The notes beneath the pieces are model-generated. The model saw only the letters and a program-made list of their open reading frames with translations, searched no databases and was not told the origin of the DNA. From positions 11,342 to 75,341 of the forward strand of contig JANOAK010000006.1 in assembly GCA_031411095.1 (NCBI GenBank): 64,000 nucleotides of DNA. The letters are read 5' to 3'. This document shows, piece after piece, positions 40,728 through 48,480 of the stretch. A program made the translations under genes and the position numbers. Every line of letters starts with the position of its first letter. The first letter of the stretch is position 1. Origin of the DNA: Flavobacteriales bacterium. GTDB taxonomy: Bacteria > Bacteroidota > Bacteroidia > Flavobacteriales_F > PHOS-HE28.

Positions 40728-43700
40728 TTATTTCAGCAAGGCCACATGGCCCATCAATTCCCGGCCTCCACCGGTGCTGATGATCCGGAACGTGATCCGG
40801 TAGGCGTACACGTCCTGCTTCATCACATCGCCGCCACCGTTCATGTGCGTGCCGTTCCACACCTCGTACGGGTCGGTCGTTTCGTGCACGATCACGCCCC
40901 ACCGGTCAAAGACCTGGAGCTGGAAGTCAGCGATGTCCGGGATGTTGCTCATCATCCACCAGCCATCATTGACGCCGTCACCGTCCGGTGTAAAGCTGTT
41001 GGGCACAAAGGTCTGTAGCACATCATCGATCACCACGTCATGGCAGATCGTATCCGTGCATCCATGCGCATCGAAGGCGATCAGGCACACGGGATAAACA
41101 CCAGGGTATGTGTTGCTGAACGTGTATTGCAGTGCTGGCTCCGATGTGGTCAACAGACCAGCGATGTCCCATACGTACGCTGTCGCGTTCTCCGAGAGGT
41201 TGTAGAAGGTCACGGTGGGAGCATCCACGTTCGCCGGCACGGGCACATGTTCGAATTCCGCCACCACCTGTGGCGGTTCGGTCACCACGATCTGTCCGAA
41301 CCCGGGACAGCCCAAGGCATTGTGGACCACCACATCATACACCCCCGCACATACCCCAGTCCTGGTGGCCTCCGGCGTGAAGGTCGCACCCGCATCAAAG
41401 CTGTATTCCGTGGCCTCGGCATCCACAATGGTCATGGTCCCGTCACAGTCACCATGACACCAGGGCGCTACGAAGGTTGTGCCGTCGATCAGCAAGGGAT
41501 TGGGCTGTTGGATCGAATAGTTCGTGCTGGTCGTGCACCCATTCTCATCCGTCACCTGCAGGGAATAAGCGCCCAGGCAGAGCCCATCCGCGAATGCGTC
41601 GGTGGGGCCGGCAACACCATCACTCCACGCGTAAGTGAACGCACCATTTCCACCGGTCATGGTCACGGTTGCAGTTCCGTCGCAGGAGTCATGGCAGAGC
41701 GCGTTGGTCGTTACAAGATCGATATCAAGGGGTGAGGTGAAGGTGATGGTGACACTGTCGATCAAGTAGCACAACTGACCATCATCCTCGATCCAATGGA
41801 ACATCGCCGGGCCACTATCGGTCGCGGTGACCTGAGCGGTCGGGCTGTTGGGGTTGTTGAAGGTGTAGCCAGCAGGCCCGCTCCAGGATCCGCCTCCCGT
41901 ATTGCCCACGCTTGCGCCCAGCGTGTAGGTGAGCGAGCATACAGTGGAATCCGGGCCCGCATCCACCACGCCACAGCAACTGGGGTCTGCGGCTCCCAGG
42001 ATCTGGATGGTGAGATCGGCCGTGCCGATGCAGCCCAATGCCGTGGTCACTGTGTAGGTGTATACACCGGCAACGCCTGTGGTAGGGTCGAAGATGTTCG
42101 GTATCACGTTGCCGTTCGCATCGGTCCAAACACCCCCGGCCGCGGGGGTTCCTCCCAGCATATCCGTGAGGTTGAAGGAAGGTGGCGTGGCGCACACGAC
42201 CACCAGCGAATCGAGGCCCGGGTCCAGACCGGGATCCAACGATACCGTCACCTCGTCACTCGCCGTGCAGTCGGGATGACCTGTGATGAAGGCCGTTACC
42301 GTGTAAGTGGTGTTGGAGGTGACGAGCGAGGTGGGGTTGCTGATGTTGGGGTCGCTCAGGCCGTCCGTCGGCGACCAGCTCCAGGTCATGGGATCGCCCT
42401 GGCCGTTCACCACCGTGGCGCTCAATTGCACGGGGTCATTGCAGATCACTTGGTCCGCGCCGGCGTTCACCGTGAAGGGTGGGTTCACCGTCACAGTGAT
42501 CGTGGTGTCATAGGTGCATCCGAAGTTGTCGATCACACTATAGACATAGTTGTCGACCCCGGGAGCCACAGGAACAATGGTGATATTGTCGCAATCCGGG
42601 GAGGTCACCGTCACATCCGGCCCCGTCCACCACGACGAATCACAATCCGCTCCCAGCACTGGCGTGAACGTGGTGACATCCGGGATGATGCTCGGGTCGA
42701 AGTTGATCTCCCACCCGCAGATGAATCCGTTGTCCGCGCCCCACAGGTCCGTGCTCTGGTAGGTCCATTCACCGTTCAATGGACAACCGATCAGGTTGCT
42801 GAAGGGCTGAACAGGTTCGTATGTACCTGGGTTGAGGGACTCACTGGCGGGAGTTCCGGCCATGGTGGTATTACTGGTGCCGAAGACCGAATTATCAACC
42901 CAGGTTCCTGTGGTTGCCGACGGGCTCCAGCAGTAGTGCCAACATTCCCCGATGATGGGAGCATCGTTGTTATCCAAGTCGTTCGGTGCACCCAGATACG
43001 TGTAGCCTCCGCCTTGTTGGTGGAAGATCATCGTCTGACCGTTGGGACAGATCACCTGCAACACCAGATCCCCCATGTACGTGTGTTCCATGTCCACGCA
43101 GATGGAGAGGATATCATCCGTGCTGGTCACCGTTTGGCCGGGATCGAACTGTGTGAACAGCAGGCTCGAGGAGAAGGGCTGCCCTACATCATCCGGAAGG
43201 AACACACCATCGCCGAAGTTGGCGTCCGGTAGACCGGTCCATGTGGTGGGTACCGCCGCGCCTGTGAGGTCCACCGATTCACCAAAGCAGATCTCCTCGC
43301 TCTCCGACGTCTGGCCGAAGTTAGGGGTGGTGCTCACCAGCACCTGCTGGTCCACCAGGTTCAGGTTGCCGCAGCCGTTGTCATCCGTAACGAACAACTG
43401 CACCACGTGCTCACCGGCCGTTGCAAAGGCGTGCGATACGATGGGACCCGAGGTGCTGTCCACGGTACCGTCGTCGAAATCCCAGAGGTATTGCACCAGG
43501 TTGTAACCGGGTTGGGCCGAGGAACCACTGCCATCGAAGTTCACCACTTCATCCTGGCAGACCATGGCGGGCACCGGTTCGCTCATGGTGGCCACCGCCG
43601 TGGGGTTCTGGCACGGAATGGTGCATTGGAATCCCGCCGCGAACACGCCCGTGCCATTGGCGTTCGAAGTGAAGACGAGGGTGAGGCAGCCGGATGTGTT

Positions 43701-44066
43701 GAACACCGTGCCGCTCACGATGATGTTCTGGAGCGATGTGCCCGAGTAATTGCCCAGCGAAGTGGCACCGGTATTATCCCCGTCGTAGATGGACAGGTTG
43801 TCGATGGGGTTGGGGCCCGACGTGTTGAGGTTGAAGTTGAAGAAGGTCAGGTAGATCACGTTCCCGGGTACGTCCGGGCAGATCGTGAAGGTGTAATTCT
43901 CACCATTCTGGTATCCGGATGCACCCTGACCACCGGAATCGTACAGAACACCCTGGCAGCTTTGGCCGCTGCCGCCCGATATGGAGAACACGTCCTGGGC
44001 AAGCCCTTGGAAGGACGCCAGCAACAGAACGAAGAACGGCAGCGCACGGCGGAGGAGTGTCATCAT
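40728..44066 (-). CDS. Adhesin paralog (CUB-like/PKD/P-domain, one stalk repeat) with type B T9SS CTD
   Basis: Signal peptide GLA-Q; same head; VPNSFTPDGDG...VFDRWG...GHVALLK. Confidence 0.85.
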   Translation of the reverse strand: MMTLLRRALPFFVLLLASFQGLAQDVFSISGGSGQSCQGVLYDSGGQGASGYQNGENYTFTICPDVPGNVIYLTFFNFNLNTSGPNPIDNLSIYDGDNTGATSLGNYSGTSLQNIIVSGTVFNTSGCLTLVFTSNANGTGVFAAGFQCTIPCQNPTAVATMSEPVPAMVCQDEVVNFDGSGSSAQPGYNLVQYLWDFDDGTVDSTSGPIVSHAFATAGEHVVQLFVTDDNGCGNLNLVDQQVLVSTTPNFGQTSESEEICFGESVDLTGAAVPTTWTGLPDANFGDGVFLPDDVGQPFSSSLLFTQFDPGQTVTSTDDILSICVDMEHTYMGDLVLQVICPNGQTMIFHQQGGGYTYLGAPNDLDNNDAPIIGECWHYCWSPSATTGTWVDNSVFGTSNTTMAGTPASESLNPGTYEPVQPFSNLIGCPLNGEWTYQSTDLWGADNGFICGWEINFDPSIIPDVTTFTPVLGADCDSSWWTGPDVTVTSPDCDNITIVPVAPGVDNYVYSVIDNFGCTYDTTITVTVNPPFTVNAGADQVICNDPVQLSATVVNGQGDPMTWSWSPTDGLSDPNISNPTSLVTSNTTYTVTAFITGHPDCTASDEVTVSLDPGLDPGLDSLVVVCATPPSFNLTDMLGGTPAAGGVWTDANGNVIPNIFDPTTGVAGVYTYTVTTALGCIGTADLTIQILGAADPSCCGVVDAGPDSTVCSLTYTLGASVGNTGGGSWSGPAGYTFNNPNSPTAQVTATDSGPAMFHWIEDDGQLCYLIDSVTITFTSPLDIDLVTTNALCHDSCDGTATVTMTGGNGAFTYAWSDGVAGPTDAFADGLCLGAYSLQVTDENGCTTSTNYSIQQPNPLLIDGTTFVAPWCHGDCDGTMTIVDAEATEYSFDAGATFTPEATRTGVCAGVYDVVVHNALGCPGFGQIVVTEPPQVVAEFEHVPVPANVDAPTVTFYNLSENATAYVWDIAGLLTTSEPALQYTFSNTYPGVYPVCLIAFDAHGCTDTICHDVVIDDVLQTFVPNSFTPDGDGVNDGWWMMSNIPDIADFQLQVFDRWGVIVHETTDPYEVWNGTHMNGGGDVMKQDVYAYRITFRIISTGGGRELMGHVALLK

Positions 44067-44180
44067 GTGCGTTCTGGTCGGAACGAGCGGTATGCAGCGA
44101 ATTTACAGGGTGCGGTCGGTTCCCCGACCCTGGGCATGGGTGGGACGGACAAAGCAGGCGGGAGGTTGGCTGGGACGGGA

Positions 44181-44217
44181 AGAAAATGCGAACGCCCGGC
44201 CAAGGCCGGGCGTTCGC
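44181..44217 (-). terminator. Intrinsic terminator after the ECF sigma/anti-sigma pair
   Basis: GCGAACGCCCGGCC-AA-GGCCGGGCGTTCGC followed by ATTTTCT on the minus strand. Confidence 0.8.
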
Positions 44218-44236
44218 GGTAAGGGTGCCTTCCGCT

Positions 44237-45553
44237 TTAACGTTCCAGCTTCACTTTTCCGGTGTAGGTCTCGGCCAGATGTAAGCTCTCGCGCACATCC
44301 ACCACCCACACATACTCACCCGGGGTACAGACGTCCCCGCGGTTGTTCGGGCGGCCCGTCCAGGGTTTGGTAGCGTCGTTGGTCTGGTACAACAGATTGC
44401 CGTCCGGGCTATAGACCATCAGGCTGAACTTCACGCCCAAGGAACGAAGCGCCTCGGGAAGGAAGCTCTCGTCCTTGCCATCGCCATCAGGCGAGAAACT
44501 GGCCGGTGCATCCAGGTTGTAGTCCTTGTCAATACGGACGTCCTTCATGATCAGATCCTCACATCCGATCGTATTGGTCACGGTCAACTTCACCTGGTAC
44601 ACACCCTTGCTCTTGTAGATATGGTCGGGGTGGGCAATGCTGGAGGTCTCTCCATCGCCGAAATCCCAGAGATATTCCGTTCCGCCCAGGCTGCGGTTCT
44701 CGAAGTGAATGGATGGCAGGTGGCCCTCGTATTCCTGGCGGAGCACGTTGAATGACGCGCTGGGTGCTTCGTGGATCTCGATCACGTCGCTGCTGGGCTT
44801 GTTCTGGATGGAACCCACGCCGGCCGCGCTCATGGACAACATCACCTGGTAACGCCCCGGCTTGCTGAACGTGTGCTCGGGATTCGCCTTGTTGCTGAAA
44901 CTGCCATCCCCGAAGTTCCACAGATAGATGCCGTTCTCGGGCATATGCTCCACCTTGAATTCCACGGAGGTGCCGGAGCAGGCTTCGCTCACACTGGCCC
45001 GGAATGCACGGTCCGGCGAAGCGGTTCCTTCTTCCTTGCTCATCCCCGTCGTGGTGGCGGTAGCGGTCTTTTCAGGTCCTTCCGTTGCGGGTTCCGGGGT
45101 TCCGGATGCGGTGCCGGAAGACCGGGTGGTGGCCGCAAGCTCGGGTCGGGTGCCGACCACTTCCGCCAATGAAGGCTCCGCGGTGGGGGAGGCGGATCGC
45201 TGATCACCGTCCGTTGTGGCACCAACGGCCTCCGTGCCGTTCGTGGTGGTGCCCACCGTTGCCGTTGCCGTGGTGCCCACGGCCGTGGTCGGCATCTCCT
45301 GAGTGGCGCCCGTGGTTGCCGAGCGATCGCCATGCAGGTCCGTTGAGGCGAACCAGATGGTTCCGCCCACCAAGGTGGCGATACCGGCGATGGTGGCCAG
45401 ACCTGTGGCTCCCAGCCACCAGCCCCGGCGGTCGCTGTCCATCGCCCGCTCCAGATCCCTCCAATCGGCGCTATTGTATGGCACCTCGTATTGCGCGAGA
45501 CTCTCCCGCAGGCGCTGCTCGAAGGGGTCCATTCCTGTGTTGCTTGTGCTCAT
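44237..45553 (-). CDS. Putative anti-sigma factor: cytoplasmic N-domain, TM, Thr/Ala linker, 2 PKD and type B T9SS CTD-like domain
   Basis: FEQRLRESLAQYEVPYNSADWRDL N-domain, one TM helix, WNFGDG and WDFGDG PKD motifs, APASFSPDGDG...GKVKLER; 4 nt downstream of the ECF sigma gene. Confidence 0.7.
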   Translation of the reverse strand: MSTSNTGMDPFEQRLRESLAQYEVPYNSADWRDLERAMDSDRRGWWLGATGLATIAGIATLVGGTIWFASTDLHGDRSATTGATQEMPTTAVGTTATATVGTTTNGTEAVGATTDGDQRSASPTAEPSLAEVVGTRPELAATTRSSGTASGTPEPATEGPEKTATATTTGMSKEEGTASPDRAFRASVSEACSGTSVEFKVEHMPENGIYLWNFGDGSFSNKANPEHTFSKPGRYQVMLSMSAAGVGSIQNKPSSDVIEIHEAPSASFNVLRQEYEGHLPSIHFENRSLGGTEYLWDFGDGETSSIAHPDHIYKSKGVYQVKLTVTNTIGCEDLIMKDVRIDKDYNLDAPASFSPDGDGKDESFLPEALRSLGVKFSLMVYSPDGNLLYQTNDATKPWTGRPNNRGDVCTPGEYVWVVDVRESLHLAETYTGKVKLER

Positions 45554-45557
45554 GCGC

Positions 45558-46202
45558 TCAGGGGAGCTTGTGCTCCTTTTTAAGCAGTTTCCTCAGATTT
45601 TGTTTCGCCTTGGCCAGATTGCTCTTGCTGGTGCCGATGTTGATGCCGAGCACGTCGGCGATCTCCTTGTGCGTCATCTCCTCGAAGACATACAGGTTGA
45701 ACACCGTCCGGTAGGCGGGTGTCAGCTTCTGCATGGCATTGATGACGTCCGCCGGCTTGAGGTCGGGTAATTCGTCCTCCTGCGTGTCCTCCAAGGTGTC
45801 CTCCGCGTCCTGGTCCCCGAAATCCTCGATGCTGCGCTCCTCGCCCAGCAGGAGGTAGGAGTTCTTGGCCCGCCGGAAGTAATCGATGGCCGTGTTCACC
45901 ATGATCCGCCGGATCCAGCCCTCGAAGCTGCCGGCCCGGTTGAACGCGTCCATGCTGCGGAACACCTTGATGAAGCCATCCTGCAGGATGTCCTTCGCTT
46001 GGTCGTGGTTCTTGGTGTAACGCAGGCATACCGCCATCATTTTCCCATAGAAAAGCTCGTAGACGCGCTGTTGGCTCCGGCGTTCCCCGGCGATGCACCC
46101 ATCGATGATGCCGGTATACGCCTGTTCCGCCGCCTCCATGCCCTGCCATGTAGGGGCAAGACGCAGCTTTTCTCGGATGGTTGCCAGATCTGCGGTGGCC
46201 AT
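45558..46202 (-). CDS. ECF RNA polymerase sigma-70 factor
   Basis: Region 2 AKDILQDGFIKVF...SFEGWIRRIMVNTAID; region 4 LTPAYRTVFNLYVFEEMTHKEIADVLGINIGTSKSNLAKAK. Confidence 0.92.
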   Translation of the reverse strand: MATADLATIREKLRLAPTWQGMEAAEQAYTGIIDGCIAGERRSQQRVYELFYGKMMAVCLRYTKNHDQAKDILQDGFIKVFRSMDAFNRAGSFEGWIRRIMVNTAIDYFRRAKNSYLLLGEERSIEDFGDQDAEDTLEDTQEDELPDLKPADVINAMQKLTPAYRTVFNLYVFEEMTHKEIADVLGINIGTSKSNLAKAKQNLRKLLKKEHKLP

Positions 46203-46353
46203 GGTCAGTAGAAGCGGGAAGATAACCGTTTTTCACATTCGCCCGTGGCCTGTTGGCAAAATGGCCATGATCGTGGATAAGCCGGGCCTTCCCCCGATCG
46301 GCCCGATCCTAATTTCGCGCCGCCTTCCTCAGGAGGGCCCAAAATCAAGCGAC

Positions 46354-47295
46354 ATGAAGATCACCGTTGTAGGCGCCGGTAACGTGGGCGCCACCTGTGC
46401 CGATGCCTGCGCACGTTGGGAACTGGCCGAAGAGGTCGTCCTTCTCGATATCAAGGAAGGCTTCGCCGAAGGCAAGGCCCTGGACATCTGGCAGACCGCC
46501 CCGATCAGCCTATTCGACAGCCGCCTTACCGGAAGCACGAACGATTACACCAAGACGGCCAACAGCGATGTGGTGGTGATCACCTCCGGCCTGCCCCGCA
46601 AGCCCGGCATGAGCCGCGATGATCTCATCGCCACCAATGCGGCGATCGTGAAGAGCGTGACGGAGAACGTGGTGAAGCACAGCCCCAACGCCATCATCAT
46701 CGTGGTGAGCAATCCGCTGGATGTGATGAGCTATTGCGCTTACATCAACAGCAAGTTCCCCGCGCACCGTGTGTTCGGCATGGCCGGCATCCTCGATACC
46801 GCGCGCTATCGCGCCTTCCTGGCCACCGAGCTCAACGTGAGCCCCAAGGACATCCAGGCCGTGCTCATGGGTGGCCACGGTGATACCATGGTGCCGCTGC
46901 CCCGCTATACCACCGTGGGCGGCATCCCCGTTACGGAGCTCATCTCCAAGGAGAAGCTGGACGCGATCGTGGAGCGCACCAAGAAAGGCGGAGGCGAGAT
47001 CGTGAACCTGCTCGGGACCTCCGCCTGGTATGCACCAGGCACCGCCGCTGCCCAGATGGTGGAGGCCATTGTGCGCGACCAGAAGCGCGTGTTCCCCGTG
47101 TGCGCATGGCTTCAGGGTGAATACGGACTGAAGGGCGTGTACATGGGCGTGCCCGTGATCCTCGGCCGCAAAGGCATTGAGCGCATCATCGAACTGAAGC
47201 TGAACACCGACGAGCAGGAACTGTGCAACGCCAGCGCCAAGGCCGTGAAGGAGGTGATGGATGTGCTCGATAAGATGAACCCGGTTTCGGCGTAA
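46354..47295 (+). CDS. mdh: Malate dehydrogenase (LDH-like)
   Basis: GAGNVG, SGLPRKPGMSRDDL, VSNPLD and GGHGD motifs; ATG 46354. Confidence 0.95.
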   Translation: MKITVVGAGNVGATCADACARWELAEEVVLLDIKEGFAEGKALDIWQTAPISLFDSRLTGSTNDYTKTANSDVVVITSGLPRKPGMSRDDLIATNAAIVKSVTENVVKHSPNAIIIVVSNPLDVMSYCAYINSKFPAHRVFGMAGILDTARYRAFLATELNVSPKDIQAVLMGGHGDTMVPLPRYTTVGGIPVTELISKEKLDAIVERTKKGGGEIVNLLGTSAWYAPGTAAAQMVEAIVRDQKRVFPVCAWLQGEYGLKGVYMGVPVILGRKGIERIIELKLNTDEQELCNASAKAVKEVMDVLDKMNPVSA

Positions 47296-47367
47296 GGCTC
47301 ACGAAGCGCCACTGAGGCCACAAAGAGATATGCAACGAAGGCGTCCCCACGGACGCCTTCGTTGCGT

Positions 47368-48108
47368 TCAGACCGTGCCTACGCGCAGGTTCAACCGCCA
47401 TCGCACCTCGCGCACCGACGCGGGATCACCCCATGCGGTGAGCAGGTCGGCATGCACGAGCCCCACGGGATCCACGCCGTGTTGCTTCACATACTTCACA
47501 CTCGCGCTCCATGTGCGCATGTAGCCTTCCAGTTGCTCCAGGTCCCACAGGCTCGTCATGGCGATGGGCGGCGGAAGGATGGGGGTGAAGCCGAATTGAA
47601 GGTCCTTGTATCCGTGCTCCACGATGCGGTTCGGGCCGATCCAGAACGGATCGACGATCTCGTTGTGCACCTTGCGCGTAAGCCGGTCCACGTCAGGTGA
47701 GATGTCCGCGAACGCGAAGCTCCAGGCGGCGATGATGCCACCCGGTCTCAGCACACGCCGCACCTCTTGCTCGAACGCATCGCCGTGGAACCAGTGCATG
47801 GCATTGGCAACGGTCACCAGGTCCACCGAGCGTGGGTCGATCCCGCTATGCGATGCGTTCGCATTGCGGTAGCTGATGCGCGGTTTCGGCATGGCCTGTG
47901 CAAGCAGTTCGTCGCTGATGTCGGTGGCGATCACCCGGTCGAAATGGTGGACCAGGCCAGTGGCCGCCTGCCCACTGCCCGTGGCGCAATCCCAGACGAC
48001 CGCGCGCGTGGGAGCAATGGAGGCGAGGTAAATGAACAGCTCCTCGGGATAGGACGGCCGGTACCGGGCGTAGTCCGGGGCGATGGACGAGAAGTAGTTC
48101 TCCTTCAT
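47368..48108 (-). CDS. Class I SAM-dependent methyltransferase
   Basis: YARYRPSYP, WDCATGSGQA, ANAMHWF and RVLRPGG motifs. Confidence 0.85.
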   Translation of the reverse strand: MKENYFSSIAPDYARYRPSYPEELFIYLASIAPTRAVVWDCATGSGQAATGLVHHFDRVIATDISDELLAQAMPKPRISYRNANASHSGIDPRSVDLVTVANAMHWFHGDAFEQEVRRVLRPGGIIAAWSFAFADISPDVDRLTRKVHNEIVDPFWIGPNRIVEHGYKDLQFGFTPILPPPIAMTSLWDLEQLEGYMRTWSASVKYVKQHGVDPVGLVHADLLTAWGDPASVREVRWRLNLRVGTV

Positions 48109-48476
48109 CGGGCCGGCACTTCACATTCATCCTTCATCCCGAACCGGTGACGGTTCCTGGCGACCAGGTCATAGCCCCAATTGCGCAAGGGCCGTGGCAC
48201 CAAGCGCAGGAGAACACCCTGGAACGCATGACCCGGAAGGCTTGTCAATACCCGCCACGCCGCATCGCTGCGCGTAAAGGCCTCATCGCCGTCGACCAGC
48301 ACAATGGAATCGAGATGCTCCGGGATCCTGTGCTTCCGGCGAAGAGCAAGCCCCTGGTCGGATGTCAACGAGGCGAACGTGAAGCGTTGACCGCTATCGC
48401 GCTTGATGATCCACTTCACCCACCCATTGCAGTAGGCGCAGTCGCCATCGAAGAGGATGATGTGCGGCGCAGCCAT
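48105..48476 (-). CDS. DCC family thiol-disulfide oxidoreductase (DUF393)
   Basis: ILFDGDCAYCN, RSDAA and YDLVARNR motifs. Confidence 0.88.
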   Translation of the reverse strand: MAAPHIILFDGDCAYCNGWVKWIIKRDSGQRFTFASLTSDQGLALRRKHRIPEHLDSIVLVDGDEAFTRSDAAWRVLTSLPGHAFQGVLLRLVPRPLRNWGYDLVARNRHRFGMKDECEVPAR

Positions 48477-48480
48477 GGTC

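Noticed and set aside
46093-46353. 87-aa N-terminal extension of Mdh in the ORF track
   Set aside because: It overlaps the divergent sigma gene and promoter; the family start MKITVVGAG is at 46354, after a -7-like box.
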